64,000 nucleotides of DNA. Origin: Trichoplax adhaerens. Taxonomy: Eukaryota; Animalia; Placozoa. The translations under genes were made by a program, and so were the position numbers. Positions within the stretch are counted from its first letter, which is position 1, and each line of letters begins with the position of its first letter. The stretch spans positions 1,804,126 to 1,868,125 of the forward strand of contig NW_002060955.1 in NCBI RefSeq assembly GCF_000150275.1. Reading direction: 5' to 3'. The notes beneath the pieces were generated by a model that was given only the letters and a program-made list of their open reading frames with translations, was not told the DNA's origin and ran no database searches. This document shows, piece after piece, positions 1-12,800 of the stretch.

Positions 1-74
1 ATATAGCACTCCTAGAATTTTAATGTCACATAAATCTCTCCATGGCATAAATGAACGGCGTTACGAGTACTAAC

Positions 75-2415
75 CTCATCGAGTAAAACAACAGCGTTGG
101 AACACTTCTTTAAACGTTTTGTTAATTGACCACCTTCGTCATGACCAATATATCCTGGAGGTGAACCAATCATTTTTGCTACCTGAAAGGGTACGAGTTA
201 CGAGCAAGCGTGTGAGCAATATAAACATGTAGTTTCAATATATGATATTAAAGATTGCCTCGTGTTTTTCTTGATATTCAGACATATCGAGTCGAATAAA
301 GCCCTAGCATAAATTGGGAATTAAAACGCTAAGGATTTGATCACATTTGTAACTGAAAAATGAACAAATCATTGCAAACATGCTATTGATTACGTTTTCT
401 AAATCCTTGTGAATATATTTTGCAACTTGCTTTGCGAGTTCAGTCTTTCCTAGTTAAATAATAAATTTTACAGTGAATGTCGTTGAATTTGCCTGTATAA
501 CTCCTCTATTTAAAGACTAGCAAATTGCTTGCATGTTAGATAATATTTACTATCCACACAGGTACCTATTCCTGATGAGCCAAGAAAAAGAAATACCATC
601 GGGCGATCTTCGTTATGCCAACCATTCTCTTTTCGGCGAATTGCTAAAAGTTTGTAACGCACGATGCATGTAAAATTATTAGTTTTCATTTGATCGGTGG
701 AACAATAATCTGAATAATTGCAGTAGTTGCACTGCTAACAAATACAAAATGATATTACCAGAAGCAACTGCAGCAATAGGTAATTCTTGTCCAATAATTT
801 GCTCTTTAATACGTTTTTCCAAAGGGTATCGTTTGCGTTCGACAGCAGCTTCCTTCAATTTCTGTGCTCGATACTACGCCATCACAACTCATATTAGTAT
901 CATAATTTTTACTTGATCTTAAATATTAAACGTTGACCTTCACTTCAGCATTTTTCAGCGTTTCGATAATTTCTTCATCATCGGTATACTCGACCGGCAA
1001 ATGTCCCATTTGACTCTTCAAGTTCGGCGCAGCACCTGTTTATTGGACAAAATAGTCATTAATTGAAGTCATCAATGTGTACTATACAGTATTTTAGAAC
1101 TGGAAAACGTTGAATCATGGCGCTTAAAATGTAAATTTACAGTTGAGCCTAATAAAATTTTATGTATGTACAGTAAACCGACCTGCTTCCAGTAATATTT
1201 CAATAATTTGAGTTTTGCGAAATAAAACGGCATAATGCAATGCAGTAAATCCTCTGCAATCATAGTTGGGTCTTAAACTGCTATTGAATTCAGCTTCTCT
1301 TTTTTGAATTACTAATACGTATACAATTTAAAATTATCGATATAATTCAATAAAATAGCTAGTAGCCGTTGGAAATGAATAAGTTTCAGTGAGATTGATC
1401 ATCTTACCTGAATAAACATCGATGCCCTTTTGCTGAGCTATACGGAATGGTGTTGAATAGAAATCACCAGCATCGACATCGGCTCCAGCATCAAGTAGCA
1501 CCTTTACAGCCCTTTACGATGTCAACAAAATGTTAGCCTGGAGATAAAGTGTCAATCTTAACACTAGGCTATTCATGATAAGTGTAGCGAGACGGATGGC
1601 AGTTCAAATGGAATCAAGCAGAGGTACAGTATTTACTTACTCTTGGCAACCATTAGCAGTTGCACATTGAAGAGCAGTCCAGCCTAAAGGATGGCGCTGA
1701 TTGACATCAGTCCCATTTTGAATCAGCCTACCATGTCGAGATGGATCATATCAACGTTGTTAGGGTTTTTAACGCAACCGCTTTGATATGTATTGCAGAT
1801 TGTCAATTCATATAGCAAAGGTATTTTTCTATTTTCATACATTCAAGAATACGGTTGTGGTACTGACAGTACGTTAAGATGTTACCTTTTCAATATTGTA
1901 ATATCATTGACCTTTGCAGCATAGCAGAGCTTGATAATTTCACCCGAGTCTGCAGACAACGCAATAGTAGAATTTGTAAATAAATGATCAATTTTGAAAA
2001 GAATTGATGTACGACAAGTAGTCTGGATTATAGTTACTATCATTACGCTAACAGGTTTAGCTATCATCAATACTACATCAAAGGCACCAATAATTTTGTA
2101 TTCCTTCTTAATCATGAATATCCGAATAGACATACCAGTCTTGCTGCAAGGTATGATGGATAACTGATCGCCATCGTTGACAGTTAAAAGGAAAAGTCCA
2201 AGTGCAGCTGTCGATAGCCACGGGACGGTACGAGCTGGGAATGAACAAGCGGAGATCGAAGGCAAGCCATAAGAATATTTTATTCTTGATCTCCAACCAT
2301 CAACAGTCTTAATGACTGGATTTGTTTGCTTCGATCGTTGTCGAAGTACAAAGATTAAACGGCCAATAAGGCGATCAGTATTGCGAGCTAATTTGCAAGC
2401 GAAATTCATCGACAT
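75..2415 (-). CDS. CLPB: Mitochondrial disaggregase CLPB/Skd3 (ankyrin repeats + AAA+ ATPase), spliced, 3' part continues beyond the left window edge
   Basis: Hand-spliced exons (approx. 2415-2136, 1949-1886, 1727-1641, 1511-1409, ~1311-1183, ~1035-939, ~872-759, ~643-566, ~450-395, ~303-259, 182-75) give an Arg-rich presequence, ankyrin segments [16 protein letters not shown] and GFTALHYAV, then [32 protein letters not shown], Walker [51 protein letters not shown] and Walker B VVLLDE, which is the metazoan CLPB architecture. Start taken as ATG at 2415; the ORF-track start at 2448 is GTG. Confidence 0.95.
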
Positions 2416-2909
2416 TGAACCAATTCTTCTTGAAAGTCGAGCAATCACTTTCTGGGTCCACCTGGAGTTCTATGACGATCAAATCAGCAACAACTTGCTC
2501 CTTTCCAAGACAGTTTTACAAGGCGGTCAACACTACAACCTAGATCGAGCAGATTAATGCTAACTAATACTAACTATAATCAAAAATTAGTCAGATCATC
2601 GATAATTATTTCTAATTCATTCTCGATGATGCAATCACGAATCAGCAAAATGTGCAAAAGTTCACCAGCTTACTTGACTTATATACAGTTATCCTGTATG
2701 TGGACAACTGGACATTGTAAGCTACAGTATAGTAGGCGTTTTCCACCGGTCGTTTGCTGACAAGCAGTGGTACGGTACTTAACAACATTTCGCTATACTC
2801 TAGTATATAATGTAGTATATTGTATAGGACGTAATACTATCTAGTCTGTTTCATATTGATTTTAGTAAAATCATAAATGCTCCCAAAGCAATCCACTCTC
2901 TTCACTTTA

Positions 2910-4720
2910 AATGGATTTTGAACTGGCACTTGACTAAACTAGTTTGCAATACGTGTACTGATTGAATATGCAATGCTCACTTTACCGACTTTGATCGACT
3001 GTGCAAGTAGAAGGATTGTGATCGTAGATGTTTAGCATGCTATTATTGGTAGATAGATAACGATCTACACTTACAATGTTATCTAAGTCCTGCTAATAGA
3101 TGTTTATACAGATGGGCTAGAAAAACGTTGGTATATCAACGCCAAATTGAGATTCATGTACAGTCTATCAGAAGTATAGTTAGTGCATGCTACAACTGCA
3201 ATAGCAAAACAAACCACTCACGAATACTGCGAGATCGATCATTAATAAATTTCTCCATCGTCCTAATGATTTGAGTTACGCACCAATGTAGTTAACAAAG
3301 TCTCTGAGCGTTAGTGTAACCTCAGACAACGAAGTACTAGGGTTGTAAGCCTAACACAAAATCAGATAATAAATGTGCACGGTAACTCAAGTTTATTTTT
3401 AAGCAAGCACGAATCTCATATTAATGGAAATCTTTAGATCAAGATAAACCTGAACCAATTTACATGAGTTATCCAATCATACACTGACTACTCATCCAAA
3501 ATGCTTCAAACGCGACTCCACTTGACTCTAGCAAAAAGCAGTTCAATGCTAATCTTTAGATCAAGATAAAGCTAAACCAGTTTAGATGAGTTATTCAATC
3601 ATACAATGACAACTCATCCAAAATGTTTCAAACGCGACTCCACTTAACTTTAGCTAAAAGTAGTTCATTACTTAAATATGGCGATACTGCAGCCAAATGT
3701 CAAGAAGACATGCCTGACAATCGCCTAGACTGTAGTCTATAGCTTCCCCGTTACAAGTCTCGCAACTGAGTTATATTGGATTAGATGATTATTTAGTAAG
3801 AAGTTACAAATTTGAACTAGCTCTTGACTAATAAAGTAGTTTGGAATACGTGTACAGTTTGTATATGGAATCTTTCCCTAGCCGAACTTGACCAACTATG
3901 CAAGTAGAGGGATTGTCATCGTGGATGACAGGTGTTTGGCCTACAATCATCTCTATACTGTAGCTAACGATATGTTTTTACGATGTTGTCGAAGTCATGC
4001 TAATAGATGCTTATGCAGATGAGCTACAAATAAGTTGGTATTTCAACGCCAGCAAGAGATTAAAGTCCAGTCTATGAGAGGTAGGTAGTTGGTGCTCCTC
4101 TTGGCAATACAGCAGGTAAATGTTAAGGAAGACATCCCTGACAATCGTTTAAACAATAGTCCCGAACGTTCTCGTTACAAGTCTCTCAACTTGGCTATGT
4201 TGGATTAAGTAACTACATCAATAGTTTGTTAGCAATAAATTACTACAGCATTTTGAACCGTCTCTCGATTAATTAACTAGTTTATAACGCGCGTATACAG
4301 TTTATATATGGAATGCTAAGCTTACCGAACTTGATCAGCTATGCAATTACCGTACAAGTAAAGCGATTGTGATCGGGTTACTGGATGTTTTGCATGAGAT
4401 CAATTATGTAGATAATGGCATACTGTTATAATGCTGTCTATGTCTTGCTAATTCATGTTTATATGAATATGTTAGAAATGAGTTAGTATTTCAATGCCAG
4501 TTTGAGATTAAAACTTGCTCTATGAGAGACAGTTAATGCACCTCCTGGCGGCAAATAAGGGTTGGTATGGAATCGTACTGAAGGCGAATGTCAATAGGGA
4601 AATGCTTTTCGAAATTTACTTATAGTCCTAACTTTCTTGTTACAAGTTTCACAACTTAGATACGAGTAGGTTGGATTAAATAATTACACCAACAGTTATT
4701 TAGCAATGAGCTACTACTAT
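2910..4720. repeat. Degenerate tandem repeat, unit ~430-470 bp, about 3-4 partial copies
   Basis: Recurring blocks TTTGAAC..ACTAGTTT..AATACGTGTAC..CCGAACTTGA..GCAAGTAG..GATTGTGATCG at ~2916, ~3810, ~4250, and AATGTCAA..GACAATCG..GTTACAAGTCTC..TTGGATTA at ~3696, ~4118, ~4587. Confidence 0.8.
3428..3670. repeat. Two-copy tandem duplication, ~122-bp unit
   Basis: AATCTTTAGATCAAGATAAA...ACTCATCCAAAATG.TTCAAACGCGACTCCACTT occurs at ~3429 and ~3552 with few mismatches. Confidence 0.9.
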
Positions 4721-5782
4721 AATAATAATTCACTATTGTTTTCCATAACGAAAATGAGTTCATAACCATTATTATCTTTTTCTGTAATACTAATATTGAC
4801 ATGGAAAGACATCGAATTTTAGAGCAAGCGGCTAAATTAGTTCAACTATACAATTAAAGGATCTTGTAACTGTAAGCTGCTAGCACAGTAACAATTTATC
4901 ATTGATTTCTATAATGGAAAATGGATTTAATTGATAAAGTATATTTGATCATGTCATCCTGTAATGCATCACTACTGTAATTAGCTAAAGCCATTACCGT
5001 TAACCTAAAGGGAAATACTAGAAGCGTAACAATTATATATGTTAAAATCTGCAGGGAAGCCGTATAAAATTTCGAAAGGGTACAATAAATTTAGATTAAA
5101 TTGACGAAAATATCACGAAAGTTTTCTAACAGCAAGCTGTTAATATAATAAAAATTCATTGTTGCTTCCCAAAATGAAAACAGGTTAATAATCATTTACA
5201 TCCTTTGAGTAATACAAATATTGACATAGAAAACGTTAGATTACGAGATACGGTAAATAATTTATTTCCAGTATTACTGGAGAATACTGATTAGAATACC
5301 CAATAAGTCTAATCCTGATTGAAGTTCAAGTCGGATTCTCATTCTACTTCATTGCTTCAATTAACTCTAACAAATCTACACCATAGCCTTTGCTAGTAGT
5401 TAGGAATAAGCTTTTAATGACTTTTAAGGCAAAAATATATCCTACAGATTATTCAGCCTTTTTAATTCACTGTCATTGATTAGCACGTTATTCCATGGAT
5501 ATTGTGCATCGTATAAGAAATAATTGGTCTGTATATTGTCATTTATTCATAAATTCACTAATGATTAATGGATGGTACTAACCGTAAGTAGTCATGATTC
5601 ATTGATGACATTTTTATTGTTCTGTAATATCGTAAGATATGTCTAGACTTTAAAAATGCGCAAAATTCGTATTTAGAAAAATCTCAGCAACAGTCTCCAG
5701 TATGCAATCTTCTGCATAATAGCATGTCAATTATGATAAGGGATGCCAATAAATTAATTAAATAGAAAATAATTCATTAGAA

Positions 5783-6780
5783 ATGAATTTTTTAAATTGG
5801 GAGAATAAGAAGATAATGACTAATTTAAGTGCCAATCTCTCGCTCTTGAATATAACTTCAGCAACGTGCCTTCCAGTCGGCATCATGGGCATACTGACTA
5901 ATTTCTTCCTTCTCGTCATTATTTCTACATCAAAATCTTTAAAAGATCCGATTTATAGGATAATTGCTAATATTATGGTTTGCGATTGTATTAGTTGTCT
6001 TCAGTTTTTTGTTATTTTCCTCGGACTTCATCTATTAAAAGATTCAACATTTCATACTAGTCAAATTTATTGCAAGACTCTGATGTATTCCATGTATTCG
6101 ACATATAACGTGTCTGCTCTTAATTTAAAAGCTATTAGCGTTTATCGTTATGAAGCAGTTGTTAAAGCTTCACGAATTCGTTTTAAAGAGCTTGAGCTGC
6201 GAAAGATAAGAAAATTATTAGTATTGATATGGGCTACAAGTTGTCTATTTTCTATACCATCGTGTTCTTTAATGAAACAAATTTTCTTATAACTGGTTAT
6301 TGCGAAATTGGCTATATCCAAAACAATCTGTATTTAACTCTCATTTACTATCTTATTGCAACCGTAATCACTTATCTTATACCGTTAATCGCCATGATTG
6401 TTAATTATTCAAGATTAATTAGGCGGTTATAAGGATATGTAGCCCCGGGAGAAAATCGAATACAAGCTATCCGTCGGTACCATTATCATATTACTAAAAT
6501 GTTACTAGCCGTTACCACCGCATTTATGCTCTTTAATTGTCCATTATTTGTAAGCTTTAATTTTCTAGCTGGCAACTTTAAAACCTATTACTTGCTACGG
6601 CAGCAAAGCTTCATCTTATATCTAATTTTTTTGCTATAATTGCCTCTAGCTGTGGTTGTAAGTGCTATTAATCCAATATTTTATGTTGCATTCGATAAGA
6701 ATATCTCCAAAGAGGTTAAACAGATACTATATATTAATTCTAGTAGCCGTATAAGATCTACCAGGGTTGTTTTAGTTTAA
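5783..6780 (+). pseudogene. Intronless rhodopsin-class (class A) GPCR pseudogene
   Basis: TM1 GILTN, TM2 ANIMVCD, TM3 C..ISVYRY (DRY-like), TM4 W, TM5 YLIPL..NY, TM6 F..FNCP, TM7 SAINPIFY (NPxxY), stop at 6778-6780. Disrupted by one frameshift (~6265-6290) and in-frame TAA stops at 6430-6432 and 6637-6639. Confidence 0.85.
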
Positions 6781-7560
6781 ACTGATACATAACTCTAATT
6801 GTTACTGACACGGATATTAACATTATGTTAATTGAACAATATTGAAAACTAAGTCATAATGATATTATCTATCGCAATCACAACGTAATTTTAATCAATA
6901 TTGGCAAGATTAATAATAAAACTTGAAACAATTATTATAATGATTTATTATTCAAGCGATAAATTCTTTCCATCAGCACCTAGAATAATATTAGAAGTCT
7001 TTTAATTGTAATATTAGTGTATGATTAAAAAATAGACTCAGTTTATAATTGAAATTACCACACCTTATGGCCTAAACTTCGTGGAATTAGGCTAAACAGG
7101 GTTGGAGAAGAGAATATATTCAGTGTTCTATCGTTATTGTAAATGACTAATAGGGTTTGTTCGGATCAGATTGAAAGATTATAAAAATAATTCGGGTAAT
7201 GAGTATATTATAATTTATAACTGAAGCTCCATTGTAATATCATGAAGAATGACGAAATGGAGCTAACTGGGCTTCTAGATTTGCTTTTAAAGTAGAAAAA
7301 GTGGATACAGCTGTAACTATTTACAATTTTTGTCTTCTTAACTGCAACTCAAATTAAGTGTGGTATTTAAAAAATACAGTTCGCGCAATTATATAAGCCT
7401 TAATACTGTATAAAACTTCAAAATCTTACTAACTTTAAAATTAATAGTCATCTCTGGTCCATTAATGTCTCCGACTTGTACATATTTCCAATATAATCCA
7501 CAAATATTAAAAATGTAAAGAAGTTCCCATCAGTTATTATTAGTATATTGCATTGCATTT

Positions 7561-7606
7561 CGTGATCCCCAGCCTTCGCTAGGGATGACGACAAATTATA
7601 CGCTAG
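7561..7606 (+). mobile_element. Possible Helitron-type 3' terminus (GC-rich hairpin + CTAG)
   Basis: CGTGATCCCCAGC-CTTC-GCTAGGGATGACG forms an imperfect stem-loop, followed by a 12-nt spacer, then CTAG and T. The 5' TC end was not located. Confidence 0.4.
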
Positions 7607-8705
7607 TAACAACAGTATCATCACGTAGTTTTAATTTCCTTCATAAAAATAATAATTTTTCCGATAGCAATTGCGGCTCCCTTACTGTAAATATTCATCC
7701 AAAAGTAGCTCATTCCGTTCAGAAGTGTAAAATGTTAGTTAAATTTTAAATACTTTTATTGTATGGTATAAAGCAAATAAGATACTAACCGATAAGACAA
7801 TAAGCTGCTACGTACTTTTGTAACGTAAAGAACGGCTGGAAATAGCAGCATATTTTAGCAGTATTACTACCTGAGCGAGCTGGCTTTTAATAGATTTAAT
7901 GTGTTATATGCTTTTGCTTTAGTTCTTGTTACAAACTGAACTTTACAACAAGAAAATATAAACTACTAATACCACGAGTTTATTGTTCAACTTGCCCTCT
8001 CGGTGTTTGTTCGTATCGCAACTCATTTACTAACGATATCGTATCATCGTGAGGCCACCGTAACTACACAAATCTCTAAGACCATATTCTGAAACTTAAA
8101 TTTTATTGGAAAGCCAATTAATGCACCGGGTAACTACGTCAATAACATCATCATTGGATAAAATTATAATAATGTACTTCGATGAATAGACAAATACAAA
8201 TATTCTCAAAGATATGCAGTAGCTCTATCTAATGACAAGCATGAATCTACGTCATATGGAAGCGACATAAAAATTAGCTCTAAGACACTTTACCGTAATT
8301 GATTTTGTCACAATCCATTATCTATTACAATATTGTTGGTCTATGGACATATCTTCAGAGAAACAATATCATTTTATGCTACAATCAGTAATGTCGGTAA
8401 AATGTGAGGATATCGTAAGTTAGGGGGATTGTTGGTATAAGTTAATAGCTGAGTATGCCATACATTAGTTAAAATGACCATAAGATAATTTCTTTACTGA
8501 CAAACATACTGTGTAGAATTGCTTATTATTATTATTGAGGACGGGGTTAAAAAATATCAGAGCGATTGATGGCTATACTAGTATGGATTAAAAATGTTAA
8601 ATTAAGTAATCCGTGTTTAATATAGCACTGCACAAGTTGTACTATGAATTGATTGTTCGAATAGCGATTGCAGTCTTGACTGTTAGTGAATTTGTAAAAT
8701 CCTTA

Positions 8706-9816
8706 TCAAAATCTAGTGAATAGTTGGTTTTGTTGATCATGTAGATTCATAAGCTTTTTCTTCATAATTGCTGGCTTAGATTGGACTCGATTTCTTGATC
8801 TCCTAAATGAGTTTCCTAAACGGGCAGCCGGACGAATAAATAATCCTTTAATTACGGCTGCATTTGTAAAGGTATATAGGAATGGATTAAGGGCTGAATT
8901 AACAGGCAATGCAAAAATACCAACAAATTGTAATGTAACAACATCAACACCGTCGCTGCTAAAGATAGCATAACTGTTAACTACATAATAAGGTACCCAA
9001 CTAATTAAATCGGTTAACAGTATGACCGATAGACGCCATGCGAGTGATTTGTTTTCCTTAGTAGGTGATCTTCCGGCTGCTTTACGGGTATTTTGGGCTG
9101 AGATAAACATTCCAATATAAAGTGAAGAAGTAATTATCCAAGCAATAATAGTCGTGGTTATATAGGATATCATCCAGATGCGATATAGAGGGTGCTCATA
9201 ATTGCTTGGCATGCACATGCTATTATAGGTATATAATCGCTCAGGACCAGGTTTATCGATACTGAATAGTGCTGGCACAATTGCAAATGCAAAGCCTATT
9301 AGCCATGCCATACCAGTGATCATTTGAGCTGTATACCTGCTCAATTTTTTTCCTTTAATCCCATAAACGATAGCGATAAATCTATCGATACTGATAATTA
9401 CCATTAGAAACACAGATACAATACTTGATGTAGTCACAAAAACACAGGATGCTACACATAGACCACTTCGTAGCCAATTTTCAGATTGTAGACCGTATTG
9501 ACCTTGGCCGCTATAAATTAAATTAGCGGTCGCAATTATGAATAAATATATAGACATGATAAAATCGGATAGTGCTAGATTATTGATTAAGAATATGTGA
9601 ACTTTCTTTTTAGTCTTTTGTCTAAGAAATTGATTTCGTGCAATAACCATAATGTTGCCAAAAAAGGCCAGAGAACCAATAACCCATACAAAAGTTTGTA
9701 ATGAAACATGAGCAAGGAGATGTTGACACGATGATAAAGTATCAGATATCATCGATGGCTTACACGTTGTAATTTTAGCAGGTATAAAGCAGCAAAAGTA
9801 AGGACGATTTGTTAGC
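8706..9816 (-). CDS. Terminal exon of LGR-A: hinge + 7TM domain
   Basis: YFCC..TCKPSMISDTLSSCQHLL hinge, GN (TM1), NLALSDFIMSIYL (TM2), ISIDRF (TM3), LTDLISWVP (TM6), NSALNPFLY (TM7). Acceptor CAATAG precedes 9816. Confidence 0.95.
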
Positions 9817-12800
9817 CTATTGAGACATATCGTAGTAAAGAGGATGGTACATTTTAAGTTCTGATGTCGATGCAAATGTACTATTTGAAAGTAGAATAGT
9901 TGGTTAGCTATTGTTATTTTGACTTACGTTTCTTCCAACTTAGATGGACCAAAGAAGGATTCTCGAGATATATGTGCTAAAGAATTCATTCGTAAATCTC
10001 TAAAAATTGCAGATAGTAAATGTCTTATCATTGGAAGATGCGGTAAAGATTACCTCGCGTAATGAAATAAAGGTATGGACATAATAGTGTTAGCAAAAAG
10101 TTACTTCCTGAACCAATATAATATACGAATCGGATATTTATAAAATATCAGAATACTGTACATTATAAAGGTCACTAATATGGTACAGCTTTTGAATTAT
10201 TTCAAAGTTAGTCCAGTATATGAACGGCTTTGCATGATGTATGTGCAAGTTAAGTCTCAATTTTTACAAAACAAAGCGTAGTAGATAAAATTATCAGTGA
10301 AAAATATAGAGTATTAAAAGTAATATAATTTGTTCATTGATTGTGTTCAACATCAGTGAATATTCAGTATAACAATCTTCTTCACCTAATAATCAAAGCT
10401 AAAATTGTTTGCTTGCTCATACCGTGATGAGAATGCTACTACCTGTTCATAACAACGTCGTTTTATAGTTATAGCACAAAAAATATTAAGTAAAAGGAGC
10501 AATGGTAGTAGTACTAAAATGGTGCCATTCTGTCTTTGTTGAACTTACAATTTTTGCAGGCTTGATAGTCCTTTAAAGCATCTCTTATCGATCCTGTCAA
10601 TCTTGTTTCCGCTAGCATCACTTTAATCAATTTACGATTTGATAATTTTTAGTCAATAATCTTTGTTTTTACTACTACCAACAAAAATTAACCTAAATTT
10701 CTAAAATGATTATTAAATACCCACATTTCGATTATATTGAGAAACTGTCCAGCAAAATCTAGATTTGGGCCACATATTATCTTGATTCGATTATTGGAAA
10801 TATTGCTGATTCAGAGAGATAAAGGTATTAGATCCATGCTTCTTAATATACTCTGTCAGTCTTAATATCGTGATACTATCGTTTTCTAGTTATGAAATAA
10901 ATCTACGAGGGCTACCGGTACTGCCTTCGGATTTCGAGGTTAAAAATCTAATCATGAGTATATATTTTGCATTACATACATTACATTACATACATTATAC
11001 TTACAGCTTTTTCAGCTTTTCAAATCTAACTAATTTTGTAACTTTAAATCCTGTTAGATTATTGTTTGCAAGACTCCTGCAATAAATATTCGGATATTAT
11101 AGCAAAAATTGCATATACGCTTATTTCTCTAAAAGCTCCTATCGCGTAAAATGAGAGCTTAATCATAAATCACCATATTTACACAAGTCACTTTAATAAC
11201 TGCAGTAAATAGGCCGCATATGAATTATGTAGAAATTACATATTATAATAGCCAAGAATGGCTTTGATGTCGCAGTAGACAGTCCGTGATTGCAACAACA
11301 GCTAATTAAATATAGCTGAACCAACTCTGTCAAAAAGTCTTATAACTGAGTGCCACTGTACTTAGTAAATAGTGTATTCTTCCTACGTAACTTACTACCA
11401 CAGACATTAGACTGTTCTAAACGGTTGTACTCTAGCTTTTGTTTCTTTAGTTTGATATAATGGTAGGAGTATCACTTTACATTAGGTAAACGAGGTTTGT
11501 AAGACTTAAGATCATAATAAGGATCTATTCTGATGTGTGACAATTGTCCACTATTCTTTAAATAGATGTATCTGATATTTTTTACATTAATTTGGAATAT
11601 GAGTAGTTAAATCATCTTACAATTCCATTAACACATTTGCATCATTGACAGAGATGTCGACCATATCAAATTCGCTTAAGTTGTTGTGATTTAATGATCT
11701 GTTAATTTAGAAATATTAAAATAATCCGCCGATAAATCTTTAGTAAGGTTTTGAAATACCATCATTATCTATATAGATCATGGCAATAAATTCCAATTCA
11801 AAGTTAGTAGTGGTAGCGAGCTAGAAAGGTAACTCTCACGTAATATTATGTAATGTTAAGTTAAGATACTTACATAATTCTGAGATCATCAAAATAAAAG
11901 GCTTTTCTTGGAATTTTCAAAATGTTACATTTATTTAATTGGCTGTAAAGGATTTAGATATTAAAGTTAGAACTGATAGCACCATATAAATATGTGATGA
12001 ATCATTCTATTTTTTATGACCTAAATTTATTTCGATACTTAAGAAAATTAGTACTTTAGTTCTTAATATTTAAAACTGAATGTTACGCACAATTTATGAC
12101 TTAAAATCTTTGATATGGAATCATAAGTACGCAAAATTTTAATTTTATGGTCTTTCAGCTATTACTCGTTCATAAAAATTTTCCAGTTTCTACGTATACA
12201 TGTATAACTTTCAAAATGCTTCAATCATTTTTGGTACTATTTATAACCCCTACTTAGCAACACTTTTGAAGACTAGATTTAATTAGCTAGGTGAGTTGAA
12301 ATAATAATTTGGTTTTCAATTTGCGTTTAAATTGATTTAATAGTGACTGTTTTTACATGTTAAGCTGTATACTTTTATGTCTAGCCTAACTTGATCCTAA
12401 TATTTAACTTTTCGATAATAACGACACATTCTGTAAACATTTCTAATTCCTGTAAGGCGCCTATTATTATCCTCGTATTATGCATCATAATAAACTCCTG
12501 ACATACCTATAAATGGAATGTCAGTAGTTATTTATGGTTCTGGTCAGATATAAACTGGATTTATTTTATTTCTCTGGCTCTATATTTATGACTTGAATCA
12601 ACTGTAAGTACATGAATGCTGAGTTTTTATTAATTATGTGTTTGTTACACATTCACTTTACCGGATTTAAATTTAGATGTTTTTGCATGTTAAGAGTAAT
12701 TTTGATCTAAAACTATTGTCAATATTATCATGGATGTAAAATTGTGATGTGAATTCGCTAATGGATTTGCATTAACGACTGTGATGCTTTTAGATGACGA

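Noticed and set aside
2312-2760. Plus-strand ORFs 2312-2557 and 2557-2760, and the remaining 60-90 aa ORFs in the track
   Set aside because: Antisense to or overlapping real exons, or chance ORFs in AT-rich introns; no domain evidence.
8706-9875. ORF-track 389-aa and 336-aa (58300-59310) ORFs as stand-alone intronless GPCRs
   Set aside because: Each is the terminal exon of a multi-exon LGR; splice acceptors precede 9816 and 58236.
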